A stretch of 64,000 bases of DNA from an uncultured Alistipes sp. GTDB lineage: Bacteria; Bacteroidota; Bacteroidia; Bacteroidales; Rikenellaceae. Both the position numbers and the translations under genes were made by a program. The notes under the pieces were generated by a model. It was not told the origin of the DNA and did no database searches. It was given only the letters and a program-made list of their open reading frames with translations. Positions 48,119 to 56,805 of the stretch are shown piece after piece. The stretch's first letter is position 1. Each line of letters opens with the position of its first letter. Where the stretch lies: positions 3,302 through 67,301 of the forward strand of contig CASDZK010000004.1 of NCBI GenBank assembly GCA_949286165.1, read 5' to 3'.

Positions 48119-49639
48119 TTACTCCAATACTTCTTTATCGAAATCGACCGAGATATTTTTATCGGAAATAAAATCGTATAAGGTCAATTTTTGTAACTCA
48201 TAATAATAAGTCCAATAATTTTTCAATTCGGACACATAACGGAGCATGGCATTGTCCCGGTCGGACTGAGCGCTGTTCAACTCCAATACGGAAACGGCTC
48301 CTTGAGCAAACAAATCCATGATAGTCCGGTAATTTTCCTGAGCCAATGTATCGGCTTTGGCCGATATGGCGCATTGTTCTCCCTGATTTTTAAAATTCAA
48401 AACATTTAACAGGACATCCTGTTTATGTTGTATTCTTTTCTGATTGATTTGTTCCTCTACCATTTCCTGTTGGGATTTAGCCATCTGTACGCGTCCTTTC
48501 CCCATCCCCCAGTCCAAAATGGGCACCCGCATCCCCAGGCGAACTCCTTCCTGGTCTTTCGGGCGATGATAACTGTCCGCGAAAGTATTTCCGGTCTGAC
48601 TCAACCCGAACTGCACATACAAATCGGCAGACAACCCTCTGTTCGCCTTAGCCTGGACCACGGCGCTTTCCGCTTCCATTTCCTGTATTTTAATATCCGA
48701 CTCGAAAGAAGTATTTGTCACGGCCAACTGATAAACCTCGTTATATTCAATCTGTAACTGGGGGACTTCGGAAGGCAGAATCAATTCGACAGAAACCGTT
48801 TCATCCAAGGACAGATACGATTTTAAGTTAAAATGAGCCATATTCAGGGTAATATTGGCCTGATTCACAGCCAATCCTGCATTCAGCAAATTCAATTCCA
48901 GTTGTTGTAATTCGTTTTTCTTGATGGATCCTATGCGAAACCGTTCTTTGGCAATTTGCAACATGGCTTCCGTATTCCGATAATTGAATTCGGCAATCTT
49001 AAGACTTTGTTGGGCGGAAACCATCGCAAAAAAATATTGAACAGCCTGCAAAGCTATATTTTCCATAGACTCCAAATAAATGTATTTGGCTTTTTTATAC
49101 CGTTCCGGCTCTATTTCCTTATCCCATTTCAACCGATTGAAACTTCCGAAAATCGGTTGGGAATAAGTCATGAAAACCGGAGCGGAATTGTAATTCGCAT
49201 ATTTATTGGGCGAGAATTGATCCATCCGTTCCAAAGAAGACGACACGGACAAAGTTCCTCCGGAAAAAGCGAGATTCTGATCGATGGAAAGTTCCAGATT
49301 ATTCCGCATAACGAAATTCTGAACATACTTGTAATTTCCCGTTTCATAATCTTGCACGGTAGATATGCTGTGATTAAAATTCGGCAAATTCAGCGCAAGA
49401 TTCAACGAAGGCAACAACTCGGCCTTAAACGACCGGAATTGCCAATAAGAAGACCTGAACTGATGTTTGGCAATAAACGAACTGGTAGAATACTCTTTAG
49501 CGTACTGAATGACATCGTCCAAAGTTAAAACCAATTTCTTTCCCGCTAAAGTATCTTTTACCTGAGCCATCGACACACCAGGAAACAAAATGAAATTACA
49601 ACAAACCCCTATTACCAAAAATCGTAAACACTTTCCCAT
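48119..49639 (-). CDS. TolC-family outer-membrane efflux protein
   Basis: Signal peptide. Two repeats of the OEP helical/beta pattern; 506 aa. First gene of the efflux operon. Confidence 0.9.
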   Translation of the reverse strand: MGKCLRFLVIGVCCNFILFPGVSMAQVKDTLAGKKLVLTLDDVIQYAKEYSTSSFIAKHQFRSSYWQFRSFKAELLPSLNLALNLPNFNHSISTVQDYETGNYKYVQNFVMRNNLELSIDQNLAFSGGTLSVSSSLERMDQFSPNKYANYNSAPVFMTYSQPIFGSFNRLKWDKEIEPERYKKAKYIYLESMENIALQAVQYFFAMVSAQQSLKIAEFNYRNTEAMLQIAKERFRIGSIKKNELQQLELNLLNAGLAVNQANITLNMAHFNLKSYLSLDETVSVELILPSEVPQLQIEYNEVYQLAVTNTSFESDIKIQEMEAESAVVQAKANRGLSADLYVQFGLSQTGNTFADSYHRPKDQEGVRLGMRVPILDWGMGKGRVQMAKSQQEMVEEQINQKRIQHKQDVLLNVLNFKNQGEQCAISAKADTLAQENYRTIMDLFAQGAVSVLELNSAQSDRDNAMLRYVSELKNYWTYYYELQKLTLYDFISDKNISVDFDKEVLE

Positions 49640-49664
49640 ACTCCATCATTTAAAAAATGGCTAC

Positions 49665-49672
49665 CAAAATTA
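49665..49672 (-). promoter_or_regulatory. candidate -7 promoter box (TAatTTTG on minus strand) for the efflux operon
   Basis: The plus strand reads CAAAATTA. It lies 26 nt upstream of the minus-strand ATG at 49639. Confidence 0.5.
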
Positions 49673-50087
49673 CCATTTACAGAAAATCACAAAAACACAT
49701 TTCTTTCCGACATCTAATTTCTCTTATTTTTACCCGTAAATATAATCATTTAATATTAAAAACAAATATTTACAAACCTATTTTTTACACCAAAATCAAA
49801 AAAACATTAAACCTAACTTTCCCACAAACACATAACAAGCAGATTTATAACACAATACCATTATAATAGAATATATAAATAAAATTCTGAGATTTCTTAA
49901 AAAACACACAATCGCATCAAAAACATCTCTTCTAAACACCGGAAATCGATAAAATTTACTCATTATATACAATTTTTCCTCTTTTTTACCGTATTACAGC
50001 AAACGAAAAATTTTCGAAAAACCAAATCCTTGACTACTAAACTGTCGAGCATCGAAAAAGCGTTTTTCATTTTCAATTTTATTTGAA

Positions 50088-50095
50088 TATATTTG
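50088..50095 (+). promoter_or_regulatory. candidate -7 promoter box (TAtaTTTG) for tlpA-like/lpxH
   Basis: Exact TAnnTTTG match, 25 nt upstream of ATG 50120. Confidence 0.5.
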
Positions 50096-50119
50096 TAATA
50101 TTTCTCTGAGCAATAAATT

Positions 50120-51280
50120 ATGAGTATGTATAGAAACAAATATTCGATTCTGTTTGTTTTGGCCGTTTGTACGGGATTCACATCTTGCCAAAAATCGGCA
50201 AAAATATCGGGAACCATTTCCGGTCAAGCCAATAAAACCGTATATTTAGGGCAGCTCTCCGCCCCCAATACCGTTATTGATTCCTCCAAATTATCCGAAT
50301 CGGGCAATTTCAACCTGACTTACAAATTCAAAAGCAAAGACCCCCAGTTTCTGACATTGCAGTTCGACAACGAGAAAATAACGTTATTAGCAGAAGAAGG
50401 CGAAAATATAAAGCTATCCGCATTCATGAATTTGAGTAACGGTTACCAAATAGAAGGTTCCAAAGGATCGGCATTATTGCAGCAGTTACAGCAGTCCATG
50501 GACAACACTTATCGCAGCATCGATTCTTTATACTCGTTATACAGCAAAGAAACCGATGTGCTTTTACGAGATTCTTTACTAAAAGACATTACCCGGGCTT
50601 ACGTCAAACAAAAACAGAACACGATCAAATTCATCGTATTGAACGCCAATTCACTGGCTGCCATTACCGCTTTATATCAAAAAATGCCCAACGGAATGAA
50701 CATGTTCGAAGAATTGAACGACGTTGCCTATTTCAAAATGGTAGCGGATTCTCTGAGCAGTAAATATCCCAATTCGGTATATGTCAAATCCCTGAACAAA
50801 GACGTAGAACAGCAAGACCGTCAGAAAAAGGTCGTCAACATGCTGTTTTCCGCCCGGGAAGAAGGCAACATACAACCTTTTCCCGATATCATCATGCAAG
50901 ACATATTGTCTCGCCCCCACAAACTATCCGACTTGAAAGGAAAGGTAGTTATTCTCTCATTCTGGAGCAGCACGGCAAATGCCGACAATAACATGCTGAA
51001 CCGAGAACTGCAAGACATATACAATACTTATAAAACCAAAGGACTCGAAATTTACCAAGTCGGCCTGGACATATCGAAAACAGATTGGGTAAACGCCGTA
51101 AATACGCAAAAACTTCCTTGGATCAGCGTATGCGATTTCAGGGGATATGATTCTCCGGCAGTAAAAAACTACAATGTTACCAGCGTCCCCTTCAATTACA
51201 TCATCGATCGAAACGGAGAGATCAAAGGTAAAAACATCTGGGGGAACGATTTAATCAAAAAAATCGAAGACCTTTTATAA
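50120..51280 (+). CDS. TlpA/AhpC-like thioredoxin-fold lipoprotein lacking the CXXC motif
   Basis: Lipobox GFTSC. The C-terminal thioredoxin-fold pattern GKVVILSFW-SSTANAD-...GLEIYQVGLD...VPFNYIIDRNGEI has SSTANAD (nt 50960-50986) where WCxxC is expected. Confidence 0.8.
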   Translation: MSMYRNKYSILFVLAVCTGFTSCQKSAKISGTISGQANKTVYLGQLSAPNTVIDSSKLSESGNFNLTYKFKSKDPQFLTLQFDNEKITLLAEEGENIKLSAFMNLSNGYQIEGSKGSALLQQLQQSMDNTYRSIDSLYSLYSKETDVLLRDSLLKDITRAYVKQKQNTIKFIVLNANSLAAITALYQKMPNGMNMFEELNDVAYFKMVADSLSSKYPNSVYVKSLNKDVEQQDRQKKVVNMLFSAREEGNIQPFPDIIMQDILSRPHKLSDLKGKVVILSFWSSTANADNNMLNRELQDIYNTYKTKGLEIYQVGLDISKTDWVNAVNTQKLPWISVCDFRGYDSPAVKNYNVTSVPFNYIIDRNGEIKGKNIWGNDLIKKIEDLL

Positions 51281-51311
51281 TATTTTCGGCTTTCGACTGA
51301 AACTGCACCCC

Positions 51312-52079
51312 ATGAAATACTTTTTCGCTTCGGACATCCATTTGGGACTGAAAATAACAGGCTCGGACAATCGTGAACGGGAACAACGTTTCGTGGAGTG
51401 GTTATCCATGGTGGAACGGGAATTGGAAAGCCCGGACTCCCCCAAAGGAGCCTTGTACCTGTTAGGCGATATTTTCGATTACTGGTTCGAATACAAACAA
51501 GTAGTCCCCAAGGGATTCGTCCGCATTTTAGGAAAACTGGCCCAAATGTGCGACAAAAACATAGAGATACATTTTTTTGTCGGAAATCACGATACATGGT
51601 GTTACGACTATTTCGAACAAGAAATCGGAATGCAGGTACACAAAGGTATTACGATCATGGAATTAGCCGGGCATTCCTGCCTGATCGGACACGGACATGA
51701 ATTGAGAACCGAACAGGTAAATACCCGTTACCGACTGATGCAGGCAATATTCAACAGCCACTTAGTTTATAAAATATATTCTTTCCTGATACACCCGGAC
51801 CTGAACATGGCTTTCGGGAAAGCTTGGTCCCTCTCCAATAGGGTCTCCAAACAATTAGCCCACACATTTAAAGGAGAAGCGGAAATCCCGGTCAGATTCG
51901 CCCGAGAAGAATTACAACATACCCATATAGACTATTTCATTTTCGGACATTTTCATACCGCTCAGCACTATCCGCTAACACCAACCTCCACATTGATTCT
52001 ATTAGGACAGTGGATATCCGGAACAGATTGTCAATATGCCGTTCTGGACGAAACAGGATGTCGGTTAATCCGATTCTAA
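51312..52079 (+). CDS. lpxH: UDP-2,3-diacylglucosamine diphosphatase
   Basis: Calcineurin-like metallophosphoesterase motifs ASDIHLG, LLGDIFDYW, GNHD, GHGH and GHFH; 255 aa. Confidence 0.85.
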   Translation: MKYFFASDIHLGLKITGSDNREREQRFVEWLSMVERELESPDSPKGALYLLGDIFDYWFEYKQVVPKGFVRILGKLAQMCDKNIEIHFFVGNHDTWCYDYFEQEIGMQVHKGITIMELAGHSCLIGHGHELRTEQVNTRYRLMQAIFNSHLVYKIYSFLIHPDLNMAFGKAWSLSNRVSKQLAHTFKGEAEIPVRFAREELQHTHIDYFIFGHFHTAQHYPLTPTSTLILLGQWISGTDCQYAVLDETGCRLIRF

Positions 52080-52429
52080 AAACAAAAAAAATCCACACAC
52101 CTTACCAAACAGGGAGGGGTATCGAAATTAATCCAGCTATAATTCCGCTTACCCCCCCCGACAAAAACAGATCGATACGACAAAAATATGTTGTATTTAT
52201 AACACCATATCTTTTTTCGAACAATTCTTAACAAAAGTTCTTTCTATCTGTTTTTCGGGGAAAAGCCATTTTCATCATATAATTTTTCAATCATTCAAAT
52301 AAACTACAATAAAAAAATACGAACAACAAGGCACACACCCCCTATATTTAAAAGGGTATATTTCCAGAAAAACACATTTAATACAACAATACCCCCATAA
52401 AAACATATACTACATAAATAAAAAACACA

Positions 52430-52437
52430 TATATTTG
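52430..52437 (+). promoter_or_regulatory. candidate -7 promoter box (TAtaTTTG) far upstream of glnK-amtB
   Basis: This is the only exact TAnnTTTG I found in the 741-bp gap 52080-52820. It would give a leader of roughly 380 nt. Confidence 0.3.
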
Positions 52438-52820
52438 CAAAAAAGACAGACAAATGAGAGGATCGATACAAAAAAACTCTTTTCTAAGAAGAAAAGACCG
52501 ATTATCGGAATACAGACGAGTCGAAAGACTTTAAAACAACGAATCAAAAAGGAATAAATATGAGTATCATGGCACCGTTTCAAAATATCCACGACAAAGG
52601 AGGCATTCTTATTTATTCCACTCGTTTATTTCCCTTATCGAGACACACCGTATCGTCCCCGTTCATAAACCGACAGTCCGGCACTTCAGCCTTCGACAAG
52701 ACCGACCGAAATCCGATCGGTTCGGATTTTCCGCTCCCCAAACGAATTCTATCGAAAAACCGGAAATGTTTTTTCCGTATTCCCCGATACAACAAACCAA
52801 CCCATTTAATCCGATAAATC

Positions 52821-53171
52821 ATGAAAAAAATCGAAGCGATCATCAGGAAAACGAAATTCAACGAAGTAAAAGAGGCCCTATTAGCTGCCGACATCGAATG
52901 GTTTTCCTATACGGAAGTGCGCGGTATCGGAAAAAGCCGACAAGAAAGAATTTACCGCGGTATCATTTACGGAACCGACATCATCGAACGCCTCATGCTG
53001 ACCATCGTAGTCCGGGAGAAGAACGCGGAAAAAACCATTCAAGCCATTTTGTCCTCCGCCCAAACCGGAGAAATCGGCGACGGACGCATATTCGTCTCCG
53101 ACGTACACGAAACCTACCGCATACGTACCGGAGAACGCGGGGACCAGACACTCTTCGAAACAGAAAAATAA
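52821..53171 (+). CDS. glnK: P-II nitrogen regulatory protein
   Basis: MKKIEAIIRKTKFNEVKEAL, a T-loop with the conserved Tyr (RIYRGIIY) and B-loop TGEIGDGRIF. It lies immediately upstream of amtB. Confidence 0.9.
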   Translation: MKKIEAIIRKTKFNEVKEALLAADIEWFSYTEVRGIGKSRQERIYRGIIYGTDIIERLMLTIVVREKNAEKTIQAILSSAQTGEIGDGRIFVSDVHETYRIRTGERGDQTLFETEK

Positions 53172-53192
53172 CCAACCAACTGAAAAATAAAA

Positions 53193-54482
53193 ATGAAAGA
53201 GACATTGCTTACCGCAACCTGGCAGGAAATAACGGGCACGGACATCGCCGGACCGGCCGTTTCGCTGACCGACTTAATTACCAGCATAGACACCGTATGG
53301 GTCTTATTGGCCTCCATGCTGGTATTTGTCATGCAACTGGGATTCGCCATGGTAGAATCCGGATTCGCCCGAACGAAAAATACCGCCAATATATTAATGA
53401 AAAACATTTTGGACTTTTCAATCGGCAGCCTGCTTTTTTGGCTGACAGGATTCGGGCTGATGTTCGGTCCCAGCGTGGCAGGCTTCATAGGAATCCCCGA
53501 TTTCATGGGATATGCCGGTTGGGAAGGAGGCATTCCGAAAGAAACCTTCCTGGTTTTTCAAACCATGTTTTGTGCAACGGCTGCTACCATCGTATCCGGA
53601 GCCGTAGCGGAACGGACCAAGTTTCATGCCTACTTGTGTTACACGATCGCCGTTTTCGGCCTCATCTACCCGATTTCAGGACACTGGACCTGGGGAGGGG
53701 GATGGTTGTCCGAACTCGGGTTCCACGATTTCGCAGGTAGCACCGTTGTACATTCTTTAGGCGGATGGCTCGCGCTTGCCGGAGCCGCATTGGTCGGTCC
53801 CCGCATCGGAAAATACCGGCAAAAGAAAGTTTACGCCATTCCAGGACATAACTTGACGATCGCGACCCTGGGCGTCCTGATCTTATGGTTCGGATGGTTC
53901 GGATTCAATCCGGGCAGCCAGTTGTCCGCTTCCGGCCCGGAAAACGCAATCGCCATATCGAGCGTGTTCCTCACTACCAATATCGCTGCAGCTACCGGAG
54001 GATTAGCCGCTTTATTGACTACTTGGATACGTTACGGAAAACCGACCCTCAGTTTGACGTTGAACGGCATTTTGGCAGGATTGGTCGGCGTAACGGCCGG
54101 ATGCGACATCGTATCTCCGGGAGGCGCCTTCTGCATCGGAGCCATCTGCGGGACAGTCATGGTATATGCGGTCTGGTTCTTCGACAACATAGCAAGAATA
54201 GACGATCCGGTCGGTGCGATTTCCGTACACGGCGTATGCGGAACGCTGGGAACAATACTGACGGGACTCTTCGCTACGGAAGGCGGGCTGTTGTACGGCG
54301 GAGGATGGACACTTTTGGGCATCCAGCTATTGGGATCACTCGCAACAGCCGTCTGGGCTTTGGGAACAGGATTCGTATTGTTCAAAATCATCGACGTTAC
54401 CGTCGGACTCCGGGTGGACAAACGGGTTGAAGAAGAAGGATTGGACATTTACGAACACGGCGAGACTGCCTATAACCATTAA
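53193..54482 (+). CDS. amtB: ammonium transporter
   Basis: Polytopic membrane protein. Amt signatures [25 protein letters not shown] and [10 protein letters not shown]; 429 aa. Confidence 0.95.
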   Translation: [429 protein letters not shown]

Positions 54483-54592
54483 CCATATATAATAATATTT
54501 TTTGAGTTGACAGGGACCGGCGGGTGGATTTGCCGCCGCCCGCCCTCCCAAAAACAAAAAACATCGAACAAAACCACTTAATCGTTATAACT

Positions 54593-56785
54593 ATGTCTAC
54601 TTTAAGATTCAAAATGGTCGAAGAGGCCATGACCAGAAAAGCCGTTCAGGTTACGCCGCCGGCAGGACGCACCAGCGAATATTTCGGCGAAAACGTCTTC
54701 AATGAAGAAAAAATGCGGAAATATCTGCCGAAAAAAAGCTACGACGCTTTGATCGCCACCATGAAAAACGGAATTCCTCTCGACAAGGAAACGGCCGACA
54801 GCGTTGCCGCCGGAATGAAAGAGTGGGCCATGGACCGGGGAGTTACCCATTACACACACTGGTTCCAACCGCTGACCGGAGGAACGGCGGAAAAACACGA
54901 CGCCTTTGTGGAACATGACGGCAAAGGCGGCATGATCGAGGAATTTTCAGGCAAATTGTTGATTCAGCAAGAACCGGACGCTTCTTCTTTCCCCAGCGGA
55001 GGAATCCGGAACACATTCGAAGCGCGGGGATACAGCGCATGGGATCCGACCTCGCCCGCCTTCATCATGGATACGACCTTGTGCATTCCCACCATTTTCA
55101 TCGCCTATACCGGCGAATCGCTCGACTACAAGGCCCCGCTGCTGAAATCCCTGCAGGCCATCGACAAAGCCGCTACGGAAATCTGCAAATATTTCGATTC
55201 CAAAGTAAACAAAGTATTTTCCTACCTGGGATGGGAACAAGAGTATTTCCTGATCGACAAAGGGTTGTGGGGCGCCCGTCCCGACCTGATGCTGACCGGA
55301 CGGACTTTGATGGGACATGAAAGCGCCAAGAACCAACAATTGGAAGACCATTATTTCGGCGCCATTCCCACCCGCGTCATGGCCTTCATGAAAGACCTGG
55401 AGTACGAATGCTGGAAATTGGGCATTCCCGTCAAGACAAGACACAACGAAGTGGCTCCCAACCAGTTCGAATTGGCTCCCATATTCGAAGAGACCAATCT
55501 GGCGAACGACCACAACCAATTGCTGTTGTCCATCGTGAAAAAGGTAGCCCGCCGCCACTTTTTCAGAGCGTTGCTGCATGAAAAACCGTTCAAGGGCATC
55601 AACGGTTCCGGCAAACACAACAACTGGTCGTTAGGAACCGACACGGGCGTCAATCTGCTGTCACCCGGCAAGACCCCTGCGGAAAATCTGCAATTCATTA
55701 CCTTCCTCGTCAATGTCATGATGGCCGTACACCGGCGGAACGGATTGCTGAAATCGAGCATTTCAAGCGCGACCAACGCTCATCGTTTGGGAGCCAACGA
55801 AGCGCCTCCCGCCATCATCTCCATCTTCCTCGGGTCGCAATTGAGCGCGGTGCTCGATAAAATCGAAAACAGCACTGATGAAGACGTTATCGTCATGGGA
55901 GGCAAATCCGGGTTTAAAATGGAAGGTATCAACCATATTCCGGAACTGCTGATCGACAACACCGACCGAAACAGAACCTCGCCTTTCGCCTTTACCGGAA
56001 ATCGGTTCGAATTCCGGGCAGTAGGTTCCTCCGACAACTGCGCCGGAGCCATGATCACGTTGAATACCGCCGTGGCTTACCAACTAACGGAATTCAAAAA
56101 GGAAGTGGACGCCCGCATCAAACAGGGACAAACGAAACAGCAAGCCATTTATGCCGTGGTCAAAAGTTACCTGGGCATATGCCGCAACATCCATTTCGAC
56201 GGCAACGGATACAGCGACGAATGGAAAGCGGAAGCCGCCGAAAGGGGATTGGACTGCGAAACTTCCGTACCCTTGATCTTCGATCAGATACTCCGTCCCG
56301 AAAATATCGAAATGTATCGGGCCTGCGGAGTCATGAACGAAGTGGAATTACGCGCACGGGCGGAAATCAAATGGGAAATGTACACGAAAAAAATACAGAT
56401 CGAATCGCGCGTACTGGGCGATCTGGCCGTCAACCATATCCTTCCCGCCGCTTCGCGATACCAAAGCATTTTATTGGACAAGGTATTTAAAATGAACCAG
56501 TTGTTCGATATGCAAAAGACCCAGGAGCTGGCTTCTCAGGACATGGAACTGATCGAAAAAATATCGATGCATTCCAAAGCCATACAAAAAGGCGTGGAAC
56601 AGATGATCGAAGCCCGGAAAATCGCCAACAAAATCGAATGCGAACGGGAAAAGGCCATCGCTTACCACGACAAAGTGGCTCCGTTCTTTGACCAGATACG
56701 TTACCACATCGACAAACTGGAACTGATCGTGGACAATGAAATGTGGCCCCTGCCCAAATACAGGGAAATGTTATTCGTACGCTAA
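54593..56785 (+). CDS. glnN: type III glutamine synthetase
   Basis: 730 aa from ATG 54593 (MSTLRFKMVEEA...). The GSIII-length protein has a catalytic-domain region NGSGKHNNWS. The upstream extension to 54524 is rejected. Confidence 0.9.
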   Translation: MSTLRFKMVEEAMTRKAVQVTPPAGRTSEYFGENVFNEEKMRKYLPKKSYDALIATMKNGIPLDKETADSVAAGMKEWAMDRGVTHYTHWFQPLTGGTAEKHDAFVEHDGKGGMIEEFSGKLLIQQEPDASSFPSGGIRNTFEARGYSAWDPTSPAFIMDTTLCIPTIFIAYTGESLDYKAPLLKSLQAIDKAATEICKYFDSKVNKVFSYLGWEQEYFLIDKGLWGARPDLMLTGRTLMGHESAKNQQLEDHYFGAIPTRVMAFMKDLEYECWKLGIPVKTRHNEVAPNQFELAPIFEETNLANDHNQLLLSIVKKVARRHFFRALLHEKPFKGINGSGKHNNWSLGTDTGVNLLSPGKTPAENLQFITFLVNVMMAVHRRNGLLKSSISSATNAHRLGANEAPPAIISIFLGSQLSAVLDKIENSTDEDVIVMGGKSGFKMEGINHIPELLIDNTDRNRTSPFAFTGNRFEFRAVGSSDNCAGAMITLNTAVAYQLTEFKKEVDARIKQGQTKQQAIYAVVKSYLGICRNIHFDGNGYSDEWKAEAAERGLDCETSVPLIFDQILRPENIEMYRACGVMNEVELRARAEIKWEMYTKKIQIESRVLGDLAVNHILPAASRYQSILLDKVFKMNQLFDMQKTQELASQDMELIEKISMHSKAIQKGVEQMIEARKIANKIECEREKAIAYHDKVAPFFDQIRYHIDKLELIVDNEMWPLPKYREMLFVR

Positions 56786-56805
56786 TCTCTTTCAAAACCA
56801 AAGGC

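Noticed and set aside
49640-52560. Idea that the two AT-rich islands mark the ends of a mobile or horizontally acquired island carrying tlpA-like and lpxH
   Set aside because: I see no integrase, transposase, tRNA attachment site or direct repeats. lpxH is a core lipid A gene. The islands share composition but I see no alignable repeat.
52570-52586. TGGCAC hexamer resembling a sigma-54 -24 element upstream of glnK
   Set aside because: The expected -12 TTGC element is absent at the correct spacing; the sequence reads TGGCACCGTTTCAAA. A lone hexamer is expected by chance.
52766-53740. 324-aa plus-strand ORF overlapping glnK and amtB in another frame
   Set aside because: It is extremely Arg/His-rich (RRNRRRTHIRLRRTRN...). 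glnK and amtB, in their own frames, are unambiguous.
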